Below are positions 1-9,152 of a stretch of DNA of 64,000 nucleotides, in pieces. Positions within the stretch are counted from its first letter, which is position 1; every line of letters begins with the position of its first letter. The stretch comes from Candidatus Hydrogenedentota bacterium (GTDB lineage Bacteria > Hydrogenedentota > Hydrogenedentia > Hydrogenedentales > SLHB01): NCBI GenBank assembly GCA_963668025.2, contig CAXXTH010000012.1, positions 64,001-128,000 on the forward strand. The letters are read 5' to 3'. Below the pieces are notes generated by a model. The model did not search any database, was not told the origin of the DNA, and worked only from the letters and a program-made list of their open reading frames with translations. A program made the position numbers and the translations under genes.

Positions 1-226
1 ACGGGGCGACGCCCAGCCGGACTCGGATTGGGATTTTCTGGTATTGACCGATGAGCCGCTGAGCGAAGCATCGCAGGAAAGTGTGAACCGGCGTATATGG
101 GAATTGGGTTGGGACGAAGGATTGACACTATCCACCCTGTTCTATACCCGTTCTCAATGGCAGGAACCTCGGCGGCGGGCCGCAGGATTCCACCGCGCCG
201 TGGAACGCGAGGGAATCTTGTTATGA
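1..226 (+). CDS. Minimal nucleotidyltransferase (MNT, MNT-HEPN antitoxin type), 5' partial
   Basis: Frame open from nt 2 reads RGDAQPDSDWDFLVL (pol-beta GSxARGD..DSDxD motif) and ends VEREGILL, typical of MNTs. Confidence 0.8.
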   Translation, partial: RGDAQPDSDWDFLVLTDEPLSEASQESVNRRIWELGWDEGLTLSTLFYTRSQWQEPRRRAAGFHRAVEREGILL

Positions 227-260
227 TGGAAGGTTCAGTTGATAATCGGACATAGTGGTT

Positions 261-345
261 ATTGTGCTCGTCGTGGTTGAGTCTCAACAAACCACAACGG
301 ACACAATGTTGGCGTTTTTTCGTGTATTTGGTGTATTTCGTGGTT
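261..345. repeat. Palindromic intergenic repeat: hairpin plus a lone right arm
   Basis: ATTGTGCTCGTCGTGGTT (261-278) pairs imperfectly with AACCACAACGGACACAAT (290-307). 319-345 is the reverse complement of the arm at 44210 (ACCACGAAATACACCAAATACAC). Confidence 0.7.
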
Positions 346-385
346 CGTATTTTTGAGGACAAACGCCAAACATAGGAGTGAGCCC

Positions 386-661
386 ATGGGATGCTGTTTT
401 GGATTGTTGCTGGCGGCGGGGATTCCGCGCATCGCGTTGATTCTGGTGTGGCTGTCGGGAAAGAGCGCGTCTCTCTTTGATACGCGCCTGTGGCCGTTGC
501 TCGGGTTCTTCTTCCTGCCCTACACCACGTGCGGCTATTGTATCGCGGAATATTACTTTAAAGGCCCCTCGGCGGGCTGGGGCCTTGCGGTGGTGATCAT
601 CGGCGTGCTACTCGATTTGGGCAGCCACGGCGGCGGCGCACGGCAAATGCAGCGGCGATGA
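386..661 (+). CDS. Small membrane protein
   Basis: AGGAG RBS before ATG 386; hydrophobic segments, PRIAL..WPLLGFFFLPYTT. Confidence 0.75.
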   Translation: MGCCFGLLLAAGIPRIALILVWLSGKSASLFDTRLWPLLGFFFLPYTTCGYCIAEYYFKGPSAGWGLAVVIIGVLLDLGSHGGGARQMQRR

Positions 662-667
662 TGAATG

Positions 668-901
668 TATTTTTAACACAAAGGCACAAAGACACAAGGA
701 GGTCTCTCACCGCTTGTAGTTTGCCCATAATTCTTTGTGCCTTAGTGTCTTTGTGTTGAGTTTTTAATGAGTACAAAATCGCGAAAGCGTTGTCGAATAG
801 ATCGTGATGTTCTAACAAAGAGAAGAAAACACATGGAATCCTTCAAGACGTTGACTAGCGTTGTGGAGCCGCTGGACCGGATGGATGTGGATACGGACCA
901 G
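668..901 (+). repeat. Direct repeat copy 1 (~235 bp): palindrome 675-757 plus leuD leader and first 23 codons
   Basis: Aligns with 1302-1537 at a 636-bp period; arms AACACAAAGGCACAAAGACACAAG / CTTTGTGCCTTAGTGTCTTTGTGTT. Confidence 0.92.
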
Positions 902-916
902 TCTAGAACGGAATGA
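833..916 (+). pseudogene. leuD: Duplicated 5' fragment of leuD
   Basis: MESFKTLTSVVEPLDRMDVDTDQ-SRTE* versus [27 protein letters not shown] of the intact gene. Confidence 0.88.
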
Positions 917-932
917 TTGGAGGTGAAGAGAT

Positions 933-1241
933 ATGCGCGAAGTACGCTATGTTGCTAAGAATAATCGCATTCTTGTCATTTCCTTGGCATTTACATTCTG
1001 CTGGATGATTTATGCCATGTCCACCTTTTATACAGCTAAGATGGTTTGGATTTTACCCGGATTAGGCTTTATCCTAAGCGGTTTTGTTTTGTGCGGAGTA
1101 AGTGTATTGGCGGACTTGAGGCTGTTTTTTGAAAGAGAAGTAAAACTAAAAACCAGGCTGCTAGTCGGAAGCGTATGCCTTTTGGTGGTTTTATATTCTT
1201 GTTATGCTTTTCTTTCTGTGCTTAGGCAGCCAACGTTTTGA
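933..1241 (+). CDS. AT-rich small membrane protein (3 predicted TM), inserted cassette
   Basis: GGAGG RBS; 102-aa hydrophobic ORF; visibly lower GC than its neighbours. Confidence 0.7.
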   Translation: MREVRYVAKNNRILVISLAFTFCWMIYAMSTFYTAKMVWILPGLGFILSGFVLCGVSVLADLRLFFEREVKLKTRLLVGSVCLLVVLYSCYAFLSVLRQPTF

Positions 1242-1301
1242 TAAGGATTATGCGGAAATATACAACCGACAACGCCGGGAAGATAGGTTTACTTAGACGT
1301 T

Positions 1302-1537
1302 TATTTTTTAACACAAAGGCACAAAGACACAAGGAGGTCTCTCGCCGCTTGTGGTTTGGCCTTAATTCTTTGTGTCTTAGTATCTTTGTGTTGGAATTTT
1401 TGTAAGTAAAAATCGCAGAAACGTTATCGAATAGATCGTAATGGCCCATAACAAGGAGAAGAAAACACATGGAACCCTTCAAGACGTTGACTGGCGTTGT
1501 GGCGCCGCTGGACCGGATGAATGTGGATACGGACCAG
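1302..1537 (+). repeat. Direct repeat copy 2 (palindrome 1310-1392 plus start of intact leuD)
   Basis: Near-identical to 668-901. Confidence 0.92.
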
Positions 1538-2065
1538 ATTATCCCGAAGCAATTCCTGAAGCGCATCGAGCGGACCGGATACGAGGATTGCTTGTTTTAC
1601 GACTGGCGGTTTCTCGAGGACGGCAAGACGCCGGATCCGGATTTCGAGCCCAACGCCGCGCGTTATGCGGGCGCGTCCATCTTGCTGGCGCGCGACAACT
1701 TCGGCTGCGGCTCGTCGCGCGAGCACGCCCCCTGGGCGCTGCATGACTATGGCATCCGCTGCATCCTTGCGCCGTCCTATGCCGATATCTTCTACAACAA
1801 CTGCTTCAACAACGGCATGCTGCCCCTGCGGCTGCCGAACGCGGTGATCGACGTGCTCTTCCCGGAAGTGCGCGCCACGGAAGGCTATTCGCTCGTGATT
1901 GACTTGCCCGCGCAAACGATCACGAAGCCCAACGGCGACGCCATTTCCTTCGAGTTGGATCCGTTCCTGAAGGAACGCCTGCTGAATGGCTGGGATCAGA
2001 TCGGCCTGACCTTGCGCCACGAAAGCAAGATCGCCGCTTACGAAAAAGCGCACGGCGTGGCATAA
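1469..2065 (+). CDS. leuD: 3-isopropylmalate dehydratase small subunit
   Basis: [36 protein letters not shown] motifs. Confidence 0.97.
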   Translation: MEPFKTLTGVVAPLDRMNVDTDQIIPKQFLKRIERTGYEDCLFYDWRFLEDGKTPDPDFEPNAARYAGASILLARDNFGCGSSREHAPWALHDYGIRCILAPSYADIFYNNCFNNGMLPLRLPNAVIDVLFPEVRATEGYSLVIDLPAQTITKPNGDAISFELDPFLKERLLNGWDQIGLTLRHESKIAAYEKAHGVA

Positions 2066-2084
2066 AGAAACAAACTCAAGATCC

Positions 2085-2145
2085 GGATTTTTTACCACGA
2101 AGAGCGCGAGGCTATGCCGCGTCAGGCTCTTCGTGGTGAAAATCC
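2085..2145. repeat. Palindromic intergenic repeat
   Basis: GGATTTTTTACCACGAAGAGC ... GCTCTTCGTGGTGAAAATCC; the loop holds GGCTATGCCGCG, reverse complement of the module at 24429. Confidence 0.75.
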
Positions 2146-2240
2146 AGGGCGGAACGAGTAGGCATGCCTTGATTGCATGGGTATTCCATTTCTTTCTCGT
2201 TCTGTTCAAGCCAGCCAATGGCGAATGGTGGCCAGTGCCG

Positions 2241-2861
2241 TTATTTCTCCGCGCTCGTTTGTTTTTCTGTTTCTGGAGCGGGCTTCTCCGGTTCCTTTTT
2301 GGGTGCCAGTCCGGCTATGGCCTTGTAGAGGGGATCGAGGCCCTTGACGACATCGTACGCTTTATCCACATAGCGTATAACGCCTTCCTTGTCCACCAGA
2401 AACACCTCGCGATTGGCGAATAACCCCATCATCCGTTTGACGCAGTATGCCGCGACAATCTCGCCTTTCGGATCGCCCACCACCGAAAAGGGGAGTTTAT
2501 ATTCGCCCTTGAACCGGTCGCTCTCCGTCTGCTTGTCCACACTTACGGCCACGATGGCCAGCTCCTGGCTTTGCAACTTTTCAAAATCATCCCGGTAGCC
2601 GCACATCTCCTTGGTGCAGCCCGGCGTAAAGGCCTTTGGATAAAAGGCCACCAGCACATTCTTCTTTCCTTGATAATCAGAAAGGTGTGCCGCTTCCGGG
2701 CCTTCCGGGCCTGGGATGGCGAAATCGGGCGCTTTATCGTTGATTTTAAGTTCCACCTCAGCGGCTTGGACCATGCCAGGCCTTCCTATCAAGGCCGTGC
2801 AAACCCATGTGGCGCTCGATGCTATCGCGAGCAGTGTCCGGCGTATCTGTTTTCCTCTCAT
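2241..2861 (-). CDS. Exported peroxiredoxin (BCP/PrxQ family)
   Basis: FYPKAFTPGCTKEMC active-site motif, N-terminal signal; start chosen at the GAGGA RBS. Confidence 0.9.
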   Translation of the reverse strand: MRGKQIRRTLLAIASSATWVCTALIGRPGMVQAAEVELKINDKAPDFAIPGPEGPEAAHLSDYQGKKNVLVAFYPKAFTPGCTKEMCGYRDDFEKLQSQELAIVAVSVDKQTESDRFKGEYKLPFSVVGDPKGEIVAAYCVKRMMGLFANREVFLVDKEGVIRYVDKAYDVVKGLDPLYKAIAGLAPKKEPEKPAPETEKQTSAEK

Positions 2862-3145
2862 GAATATATCCTCGTTTTGGCGTTCTGAAACGCAGTGGGC
2901 TAAACAAATTGGAATAGCATTTCTTACCATTGAAACAGGTATAATGAGGATATTATTCATGCGGAAAAGGCCTGATATGCCGCAAGACTTGATTCCTAAA
3001 GGTTTCGGGCGCTAATCTATGCGATGGTATGAAACTTTCACCATTGAAAGTAGATAAATTCCATGCGCTTGTTTTCGTTTCTCATACAATCGAAGTGTGG
3101 GTTGCGCGCGAAATGGGCAGGTATAAAGACATGAGGAAACAACAC

Positions 3146-3640
3146 ATGGCACGAATCGCAGCTATAATGCTCATAGCGGGATTGTTGCTGGCTGGGTGCC
3201 AGACGAACTGGAATCCATTTCAGTCATCCGGAAGCTCTTCAAACGCCTCGATGGCTCCGCCGCAAGATCCCATGATGAATACAGGAGCGCCGTCTATTCC
3301 GAATCCCGGCTTAGGCATATCGCCAGATCAACGTTTCCCGGATGTTCCCCTGCCCGTGGGCCTCACCGAAGATCCGGAGCGCACCTTCGTGTACGAATCG
3401 GCTTCGCTGTCCGTGGGGCGGATGGTATATACAACCAAGGCGGATGTCAGCGAACTGGCGCAATTCTACATTGATGAAAGCCCCGTTTCCGGCTGGCAGC
3501 GGGAGAGCTTGATTCAGACGGAAGGCGCGGATTTGCTTTTCCGCAAGCCCGGTAAAACGCTCAAAGTGGTCATACGCGACCTCGGTTTAGGGCGAGGCCG
3601 CCGCCTGACGCTCACCATGGTGCCGGATGCCGCACAATGA
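3146..3640 (+). CDS. Hypothetical lipoprotein
   Basis: Lipobox LLAGC; GAGGA upstream of ATG 3146. Confidence 0.75.
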   Translation: MARIAAIMLIAGLLLAGCQTNWNPFQSSGSSSNASMAPPQDPMMNTGAPSIPNPGLGISPDQRFPDVPLPVGLTEDPERTFVYESASLSVGRMVYTTKADVSELAQFYIDESPVSGWQRESLIQTEGADLLFRKPGKTLKVVIRDLGLGRGRRLTLTMVPDAAQ

Positions 3641-4122
3641 AGCATCCCGCCGCAGCGCTGATTACGATGGCCGCTGTGGCCGTGCTGGCGGGATGTCCCA
3701 CATCGGAGTTGCCTTTCAGCGTGCCCGAGATCCCTGGTATCATATCTCCGGCCATGAGCAATGAGGAGCAGGTTGCCACGGTATTGGATGATGTCCAGCG
3801 AGGCATGGAGACAAGGCGTATATATCAAGTTCTGGCGCATGTGTCCAAGAATTATAAGGATCAAGAAGGCCGGAACTACGAGGGGATTCAGGCGTATCTG
3901 AACCGGTTCTTCCGCGAATACCGGGAGATCCGCATCACGCGCACGCCGCCACGCATCCAGGTGCAAGGCAATTGGGCGCGCGCAGTCGAGACTTTCGGAA
4001 CTCGGGCGAAGCCCGAGAATCCGGATTTCGGACTGGGGCTGAATATACAGGGGCAAGTGACGGTAAATCTAGAAAAAGTTGGCGATACTTGGCAGATCAC
4101 CGAGTGGGGGCCGCTGCAATAA
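3637..4122 (+). CDS. Lipoprotein, probable NTF2-like domain
   Basis: Lipobox VLAGC; ATGA overlap with the upstream gene; SKNYKD..W.I pattern. Confidence 0.7.
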   Translation: MKHPAAALITMAAVAVLAGCPTSELPFSVPEIPGIISPAMSNEEQVATVLDDVQRGMETRRIYQVLAHVSKNYKDQEGRNYEGIQAYLNRFFREYREIRITRTPPRIQVQGNWARAVETFGTRAKPENPDFGLGLNIQGQVTVNLEKVGDTWQITEWGPLQ

Positions 4123-4159
4123 ACAATATGCAATCGACATGGATGGAGCAGGAGTCCAA

Positions 4160-5107
4160 ATGAAACCCAAGAAACTAACCAAAAAACCAAAGTATTTTAT
4201 CGAAGAACCTAAGGCGAAAAGTGAATTCTCCGCCATGGTGGAACACATCCAAGAGCATCCCGGAGCGTATGTGGCTGCGGTGGCGGTGGTGATAGTTTTC
4301 ATTATCGGCGGCGTCGTGTATTCAGCAAATACCAAAGCGGGCAATATACTTCTCGATACAGCCTATGCGCGCGCGATTCAAGCATCAGAAAAACCCGAGG
4401 ACGCGCTGAAGGGGCTCGAGGCCATTGAGAATGAAAAAGGGGATGCCCGCCCGCGCGTATTGTATAGCTTAGGCGAAACGGCTTTCGAGCAGAAGAATTA
4501 TGATAAGGCCAAATCCGCGTTCGAGGAATTGCGGCAGGAGTATGCGGATTCGGCTTTTACCCCGGACGCAGTGGAAGGGCTCGGGTATATCTTGGAAGAA
4601 CAGGGCAAGGATTTTGCCGGTGCAAAGGCCCTGTATGAAGAGATTCGCAAGCAATGGCCCAACAGCTTTACGACCATGCGGCAGCCGTATAATATCGCCC
4701 GCTGCAATGAGCAACTCGGGCAGTTGGAAGACGCCATCAAATCCTATGAAGAGCAGAAGCAAGTGTTCGCCGAATCCAAAATAGCCGAAAAAGCGCAAGC
4801 TGCTCTGGATAGGCTGAAACAGGAGAAACCGGAACTGTTCCCACAGGAAGCAGCGGCTTCGCCCGCTGCTACGGAACAGCCCGCCGCTGCCGCGAATGCG
4901 CAATCCTTGGAACAGCAGGTGGATGCCCTTGAAAAAGATGTGGACAAGGCGTTGGATGGCGGAAGTGCCCCGTCTGAAGGCGGAGCGTTGAAACTGCCTG
5001 AACCCAATGCGGCGGAATCCGCCGATGCGAAAACGGCATTGCCTGCGGCAGCCCCTGAGAAGCGGCTGGAAATGCCTCCCGCGGATGGCGCACAGCCGAA
5101 AGAGTAG
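4160..5107 (+). CDS. Membrane-anchored TPR protein (YfgM/CpoB-like)
   Basis: Single TM, then TPR-like repeats (LYSLGE..F..Y..A), Ala/Pro tail; AGGAG RBS. Confidence 0.8.
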   Translation: MKPKKLTKKPKYFIEEPKAKSEFSAMVEHIQEHPGAYVAAVAVVIVFIIGGVVYSANTKAGNILLDTAYARAIQASEKPEDALKGLEAIENEKGDARPRVLYSLGETAFEQKNYDKAKSAFEELRQEYADSAFTPDAVEGLGYILEEQGKDFAGAKALYEEIRKQWPNSFTTMRQPYNIARCNEQLGQLEDAIKSYEEQKQVFAESKIAEKAQAALDRLKQEKPELFPQEAAASPAATEQPAAAANAQSLEQQVDALEKDVDKALDGGSAPSEGGALKLPEPNAAESADAKTALPAAAPEKRLEMPPADGAQPKE

Positions 5108-5128
5108 CTATTCCAATCCCGTATCAAT

Positions 5129-5155
5129 AAAGGGCGGCTCTTGAGCCGCCCTTTT
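5129..5155. terminator. Bidirectional intrinsic terminator
   Basis: AAAGGGCGGCTC-TT-GAGCCGCCCTTT between convergent genes. Confidence 0.85.
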
Positions 5156-5169
5156 GCTATATGCGCATA

Positions 5170-6078
5170 TCACCGCAGCCAACGCGCATGCTGTAGAAAA
5201 TAAGCGATTCCATCATCCAAGCCCCGCATGGGCGTCTTCAGTATGGCCCGGGCGCGCGTATTGTCGAGAGAGATATCGCGGGGGCGCGGCGCACGGCCAG
5301 GCAAGACAGTGGGATCGTTTGGCAATATTTGATGTGGATTATGCCCCATATGGAATGCGAGCCGCCGAGCCATGTGAAGGCGGCTGGCGCGTTCATTTCC
5401 CGCCAAATGAATGATGTCAGCGTATTCGCCGCCCGCTAGTTCGAGCAGCGCCTGGCCTAAAGTCACGACATCAATGGGTGTGCGCATCTCCTCCTCCGGC
5501 ACGCCGAGTTCTTTTCCCGCCTCCAGGGTCTCGAGCATACGGATGAGAAAGGCGTTGCCCTGGCCGAGCAGGGGAAGCCCCATGGTGACGGCCAAGCGCG
5601 CCACGACGCCATGCGGCCCGAGCGCAAGGACCGCCTGCTCCGCTTCAACCTTCGATGCCCCATACACATGGATGGGATGGACGGGGTCTTCTTCGTTGTA
5701 ATTTCCCCGTTCGCCATCGAAGACATTGTCGGTCGAGCAAAATAGGCAACGAGCGCCGTATTCAGCGCACAGCGCAGCCAAATGGACAGTGGCGTCCACA
5801 TTCACCTGGCAGGTTTCTTCGGGATGCGCTTCGCAGTAATCAATCGAGGCCATGGCGGCGGTGTGGATGACGGCAAAAGGCCGGACGGTGCGCATGAGTC
5901 CGGCCAGCGCATCGTAATCGAGAAGAGTGGTTTCATGCCAGCATATGCTGGCGCGCGTATCTGGCGCTGGGCCGCGCGATTGGGCATGAGCTTCCCACGA
6001 TGCGCCCGCCTGGGTGAGGATGCTTCCTGCGATAAAGCCCCTTCCGCCCGTAACCAATAAGCGCCTGGCCTCGCCCAT
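5170..6078 (-). CDS. RmlD-like SDR oxidoreductase (dTDP-4-dehydrorhamnose reductase family)
   Basis: LVTGGRGFIA, IHTAA, STDNVFDG, YGASK motifs; start MGEARR. Confidence 0.88.
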   Translation of the reverse strand: MGEARRLLVTGGRGFIAGSILTQAGASWEAHAQSRGPAPDTRASICWHETTLLDYDALAGLMRTVRPFAVIHTAAMASIDYCEAHPEETCQVNVDATVHLAALCAEYGARCLFCSTDNVFDGERGNYNEEDPVHPIHVYGASKVEAEQAVLALGPHGVVARLAVTMGLPLLGQGNAFLIRMLETLEAGKELGVPEEEMRTPIDVVTLGQALLELAGGEYADIIHLAGNERASRLHMARRLAFHMGHNPHQILPNDPTVLPGRAPRPRDISLDNTRARAILKTPMRGLDDGIAYFLQHARWLR

Positions 6079-6079
6079 T

Positions 6080-6385
6080 CTATTTTCTCCTAACTGTTTT
6101 TGCGGGCATTTTGTTATTAATACGGTAGATAAACGCCAAAACTTCCGCCACCGCTTTATATAATTCCTCCGGAATGGAGGCTCCAATATCCAGCTTAGCC
6201 AGTACGGCCACGAGGTCCGGGTCTTCATGGATATGTATGCCATTTTCCCGTGCGATAGCAATAATGCGCTCCGCAAGCAGGCGCTCGCCTTTGGCCACAA
6301 TGCGCGGAGCCGCATCATTATCGACATCGTAGCGCATCGCCACGGCGCGTTTGCGCGGATGGGGTTTGGGTGGTTCTTCCATCAT
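6080..6385 (-). CDS. FlhB cytoplasmic-domain-only protein (EscU/YscU/FlhB switch family)
   Basis: AVAMRY..APRIVAKG..AERII..IPEELYKAVAEVL. Confidence 0.92.
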   Translation of the reverse strand: MMEEPPKPHPRKRAVAMRYDVDNDAAPRIVAKGERLLAERIIAIARENGIHIHEDPDLVAVLAKLDIGASIPEELYKAVAEVLAFIYRINNKMPAKTVRRK

Positions 6386-7821
6386 GCGTTCATATCGATG
6401 TTAGCAAATCGTTGCATCAGGTCCGCCGCTTCATGAAGCCGGTCACCGTTCCATATGCCCACATGCACCTGCGTGTTGGGATATCCCGCACTGGACAGCG
6501 CGCTCTCGAGTTCGCCGGAAGCGGCAGTGAGCGCTTCAGCGGCCTCGGGGTCTGTTGTGCGAAGCCCGCAGATACACTGCTCCGAAACCACGGCCAGGTG
6601 AATCCAAAGGTCGCCGAGCCGCGTGGTGGAGAGGTCCATCACGATAGTGGCGTTGCGTGAATCAAATCGGCGTCCGCCCCGGCCTTCTCCGAAAAAATGC
6701 ACTTGCGCATGTTCAATCTCTCCACCAGGAGGCAGAGGGATTTCGATGAATTGATAGGCTATATCGGAAGTACGCATGTTCTGCACCGCGCTTCCATCAA
6801 GCCGGTCGAGCAGGCGGCCCAGCGTTTCTTGAAAGCTCTGTCCATGGCCTTCGGTGTGAAGAAATCGCGTTAAGCCGTCTTGGCGTTGCAGCATATCCAG
6901 AAACGAGCGCAGATCGTGGCCGGCGTCGAATGCTCCATCCTGTGTCCCTGTTTGAAAGGCGTTTGCGAGCTTCGCTTCCGAAAGCAAGCCCAGCCGTGCG
7001 GCGAGCCGGGGCAGCGCCTCTTTCCAGTCTTTGCCAGGCGCAAGCAGGGCTTCATCCAGCAGCGAGGCGAGTTCATCGGATAGCAATGCGGGTATTGCTC
7101 CGGTGGCTGCCGCTTGGGCAACCCATTGTTGTATCCGCACGAGATCCCCTCCGGTATCTCCACGCAGAATAAAGAGGGATAAGAGCTGCCGGGCAGTGTC
7201 TGCCGTGAGCGGCAGGCGTCCCGCGGCCATACGTATGGCGTCTGTTTGGCCTCCTGTGGCTTGAAGGGATTTCATTGCAGCGGTAATGGCTTCCATGAGG
7301 TTTGTCGTGGCGGAGAACGCGTTGGCCGGAGCAACAGCAGTGGCTTGCTGGGGTGTAGCGGCGGCTTGCTGGGGTGTAGCGGCTGCCTGCTGGAGTGTAG
7401 TGGCTGTTTGCTGGGGTGTAGTGGCGGCTTGCTGGGGTGTGGCGGTTGTTTGCAGGGGTGTGGCGGCTGCTTGCTGGGGCGTAGCGGCTGCTTGCTGGGG
7501 TGTGGCGGTTGTTTGCTGGGGCGTAGCAGCGGCTTGCTGCGGTGTGGAGGCATTAAGTTGAGGCGTAATGCGTAGCTGAAAACCATTGCCTTGCTGGACG
7601 AGTTCAAGCTTGATGTGTTGTCCCGGCTGGAGCGTAGGTTGTGTATTGAGCGGTATTTTCGTGCCGCCCACTCGAATGAATAGGCTCCCCGGCTCACCTA
7701 ATACGACTGTCTCCATGGGGACGCCTGGCCTTAGCCCGGCAGTCAGCCCGAGCAAGGTGGTGTTGATTAATCCCGCTGACAGCGGAATAAAACCCGGTGG
7801 CATTCCGCCCAGGCCCGCCAT
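6382..7821 (-). CDS. fliK: Flagellar hook-length control protein FliK-like
   Basis: Low-complexity N-half; C-terminal T3S4-like MDLSTTRLGDLWIHL..L..AL; adjacent to an FlhB-like gene. Confidence 0.7.
   Translation of the reverse strand: MAGLGGMPPGFIPLSAGLINTTLLGLTAGLRPGVPMETVVLGEPGSLFIRVGGTKIPLNTQPTLQPGQHIKLELVQQGNGFQLRITPQLNASTPQQAAATPQQTTATPQQAAATPQQAAATPLQTTATPQQAATTPQQTATTLQQAAATPQQAAATPQQATAVAPANAFSATTNLMEAITAAMKSLQATGGQTDAIRMAAGRLPLTADTARQLLSLFILRGDTGGDLVRIQQWVAQAAATGAIPALLSDELASLLDEALLAPGKDWKEALPRLAARLGLLSEAKLANAFQTGTQDGAFDAGHDLRSFLDMLQRQDGLTRFLHTEGHGQSFQETLGRLLDRLDGSAVQNMRTSDIAYQFIEIPLPPGGEIEHAQVHFFGEGRGGRRFDSRNATIVMDLSTTRLGDLWIHLAVVSEQCICGLRTTDPEAAEALTAASGELESALSSAGYPNTQVHVGIWNGDRLHEAADLMQRFANIDMNA
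7336..7545 (-). repeat. Coding tandem repeat, 10 x 21 bp (TPQQAAA)
   Basis: Ten heptad units counted in the protein and the DNA. Confidence 0.95.
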
Positions 7822-7825
7822 GGCT

Positions 7826-8761
7826 TTAGACCCGGTCTTTGCGGATGCTTAGGATGAGCCGGACTTCTCCCTTGCCGATGCCGATCTCGTTGGCGATCTC
7901 CGAGATGGACATGCCTGCATCGCGGTATTCATATACGCGCGCCTGAAGCGGGCTCAGCTTGCCTTTGCCATTTCCTCCCGATGCGGAGAAAGAGGGAGCG
8001 GCCTCCGAAGGCTTAAGGTTCTTGTCGCTGTTTTGGGCTTGCATATTCAATAAGGCGCGGAAGGCTTCACGCGCGGCCTCTGGGTTTTCCGGCTCGGTGG
8101 GCGGTTCATCCGGCGCATCGAAAAGGCTCGGTTCAAGGCTCGTTCCGCCGATATCCAGGCCGACCCAATTATCGAGCAAATCAGGACTAGGCGCGGGGCG
8201 TGTGAGCACTTGAAGCTCCGGCGAAATAGCCGGTTTGGGGGCAGGGTTAGGCTTTGGCGTTTCCGGAGCAGGCGTTTCCTTGGGTGCTTGCCGTGGCGCA
8301 TTGGCGGCTGGCGCTGGCGCAACGGGCCGGGAACTGGCGCGTGGAACTGCGCCGGTGGCGGGTTTCTGCAGGGCTTGTTCGATGGCGTCCGCTTGTTCTT
8401 GCACATGCGCGACACTTGCTTGAATCTTGGGAAGGGTATGGGCGACAGAACCGATTTCACCACGCAGGGTATCCAAATCGCGCATCGCGGTATCGACGGT
8501 GTCTTTGATGAAGGCGACTTTTTTATCGAGGCTTTCGTTGAGCTGCCGGGCGAGTTCTTTTTGCTGGTTGAGCAGATCGCGCATCGTTTGCAGTAAAATC
8601 ATCATATTGGCGAGGTCGCCTTGCGTGGCGCGTGATGGTGCGCCCGAGGAGCGTTTACTATAGATATAAAAAAAACCAGCGACCAGGCTGCAAAAAAAGA
8701 CGACGCCTGCCGCTATGAATAGGCCTTGTTGGATTACAGCTATTGTCTCTGGATTAGGCAT
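7826..8761 (-). CDS. Flagellar-cluster membrane protein with C-terminal HTH-like motif (SwrB/DUF6115-like)
   Basis: N-terminal TM, coiled coil, C-terminal GMSISEIANEIGIGKGEVRLIL. Confidence 0.7.
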   Translation of the reverse strand: MPNPETIAVIQQGLFIAAGVVFFCSLVAGFFYIYSKRSSGAPSRATQGDLANMMILLQTMRDLLNQQKELARQLNESLDKKVAFIKDTVDTAMRDLDTLRGEIGSVAHTLPKIQASVAHVQEQADAIEQALQKPATGAVPRASSRPVAPAPAANAPRQAPKETPAPETPKPNPAPKPAISPELQVLTRPAPSPDLLDNWVGLDIGGTSLEPSLFDAPDEPPTEPENPEAAREAFRALLNMQAQNSDKNLKPSEAAPSFSASGGNGKGKLSPLQARVYEYRDAGMSISEIANEIGIGKGEVRLILSIRKDRV

Positions 8762-8831
8762 GGCTCATCTCGCCGCAAACACCAGCACACCACATGCCCC
8801 ACCGCTCCCTCATATGGCCAGTAACGCGGCT

Positions 8832-9152
8832 TCAGATACTGACATCAAGGACGGTTCCTTCCCCGTCCACGGTTTGGCGTTTTTTCGTATCTTGTTCCGG
8901 TTCGCCATCCGGCAGCCGTTTTGCGGCGCGCCGCCCCACAAACGGATTTTTGCGCCGCCCGTCGGCATCCACGCCCGCATGGCCGGATTCGGCGGTTTGC
9001 TGCACTTGGGTTTCGATGCTGGCACGGTTCTCTTTGGCTTCTGCGGCGCCGCGCAACTGGGAAGCCAGCGACGCGCGTTCAGTAATTTCCTGGACGCGCT
9101 GGGCGGCGGTGGTTTTAGCAACCTCCGTTTGAAAATCCACTGGTTGAGGCAT
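8832..9152 (-). CDS. Small hypothetical flagellar-cluster protein
   Basis: Abuts the fliA stop with a GGAGG RBS; C-terminal GTVLDVSI. Confidence 0.7.
   Translation of the reverse strand: MPQPVDFQTEVAKTTAAQRVQEITERASLASQLRGAAEAKENRASIETQVQQTAESGHAGVDADGRRKNPFVGRRAAKRLPDGEPEQDTKKRQTVDGEGTVLDVSI

Noticed and set aside
597-1566. Minus-strand ORFs 597-818 and 1222-1566 that resemble each other
   Set aside because: They are translations of the palindromic repeat (LCLCV/HKDTK-type peptides), not genes
6079-6327. N-terminal extension of the 385-aa SDR ORF
   Set aside because: Overlaps the FlhB-like gene in another frame; the Rossmann motif begins right after 6078
7246-7697. Cys/Gly-rich and Pro/His-rich ORFs
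   Set aside because: Alternative-frame readings of the 21-bp fliK tandem repeat
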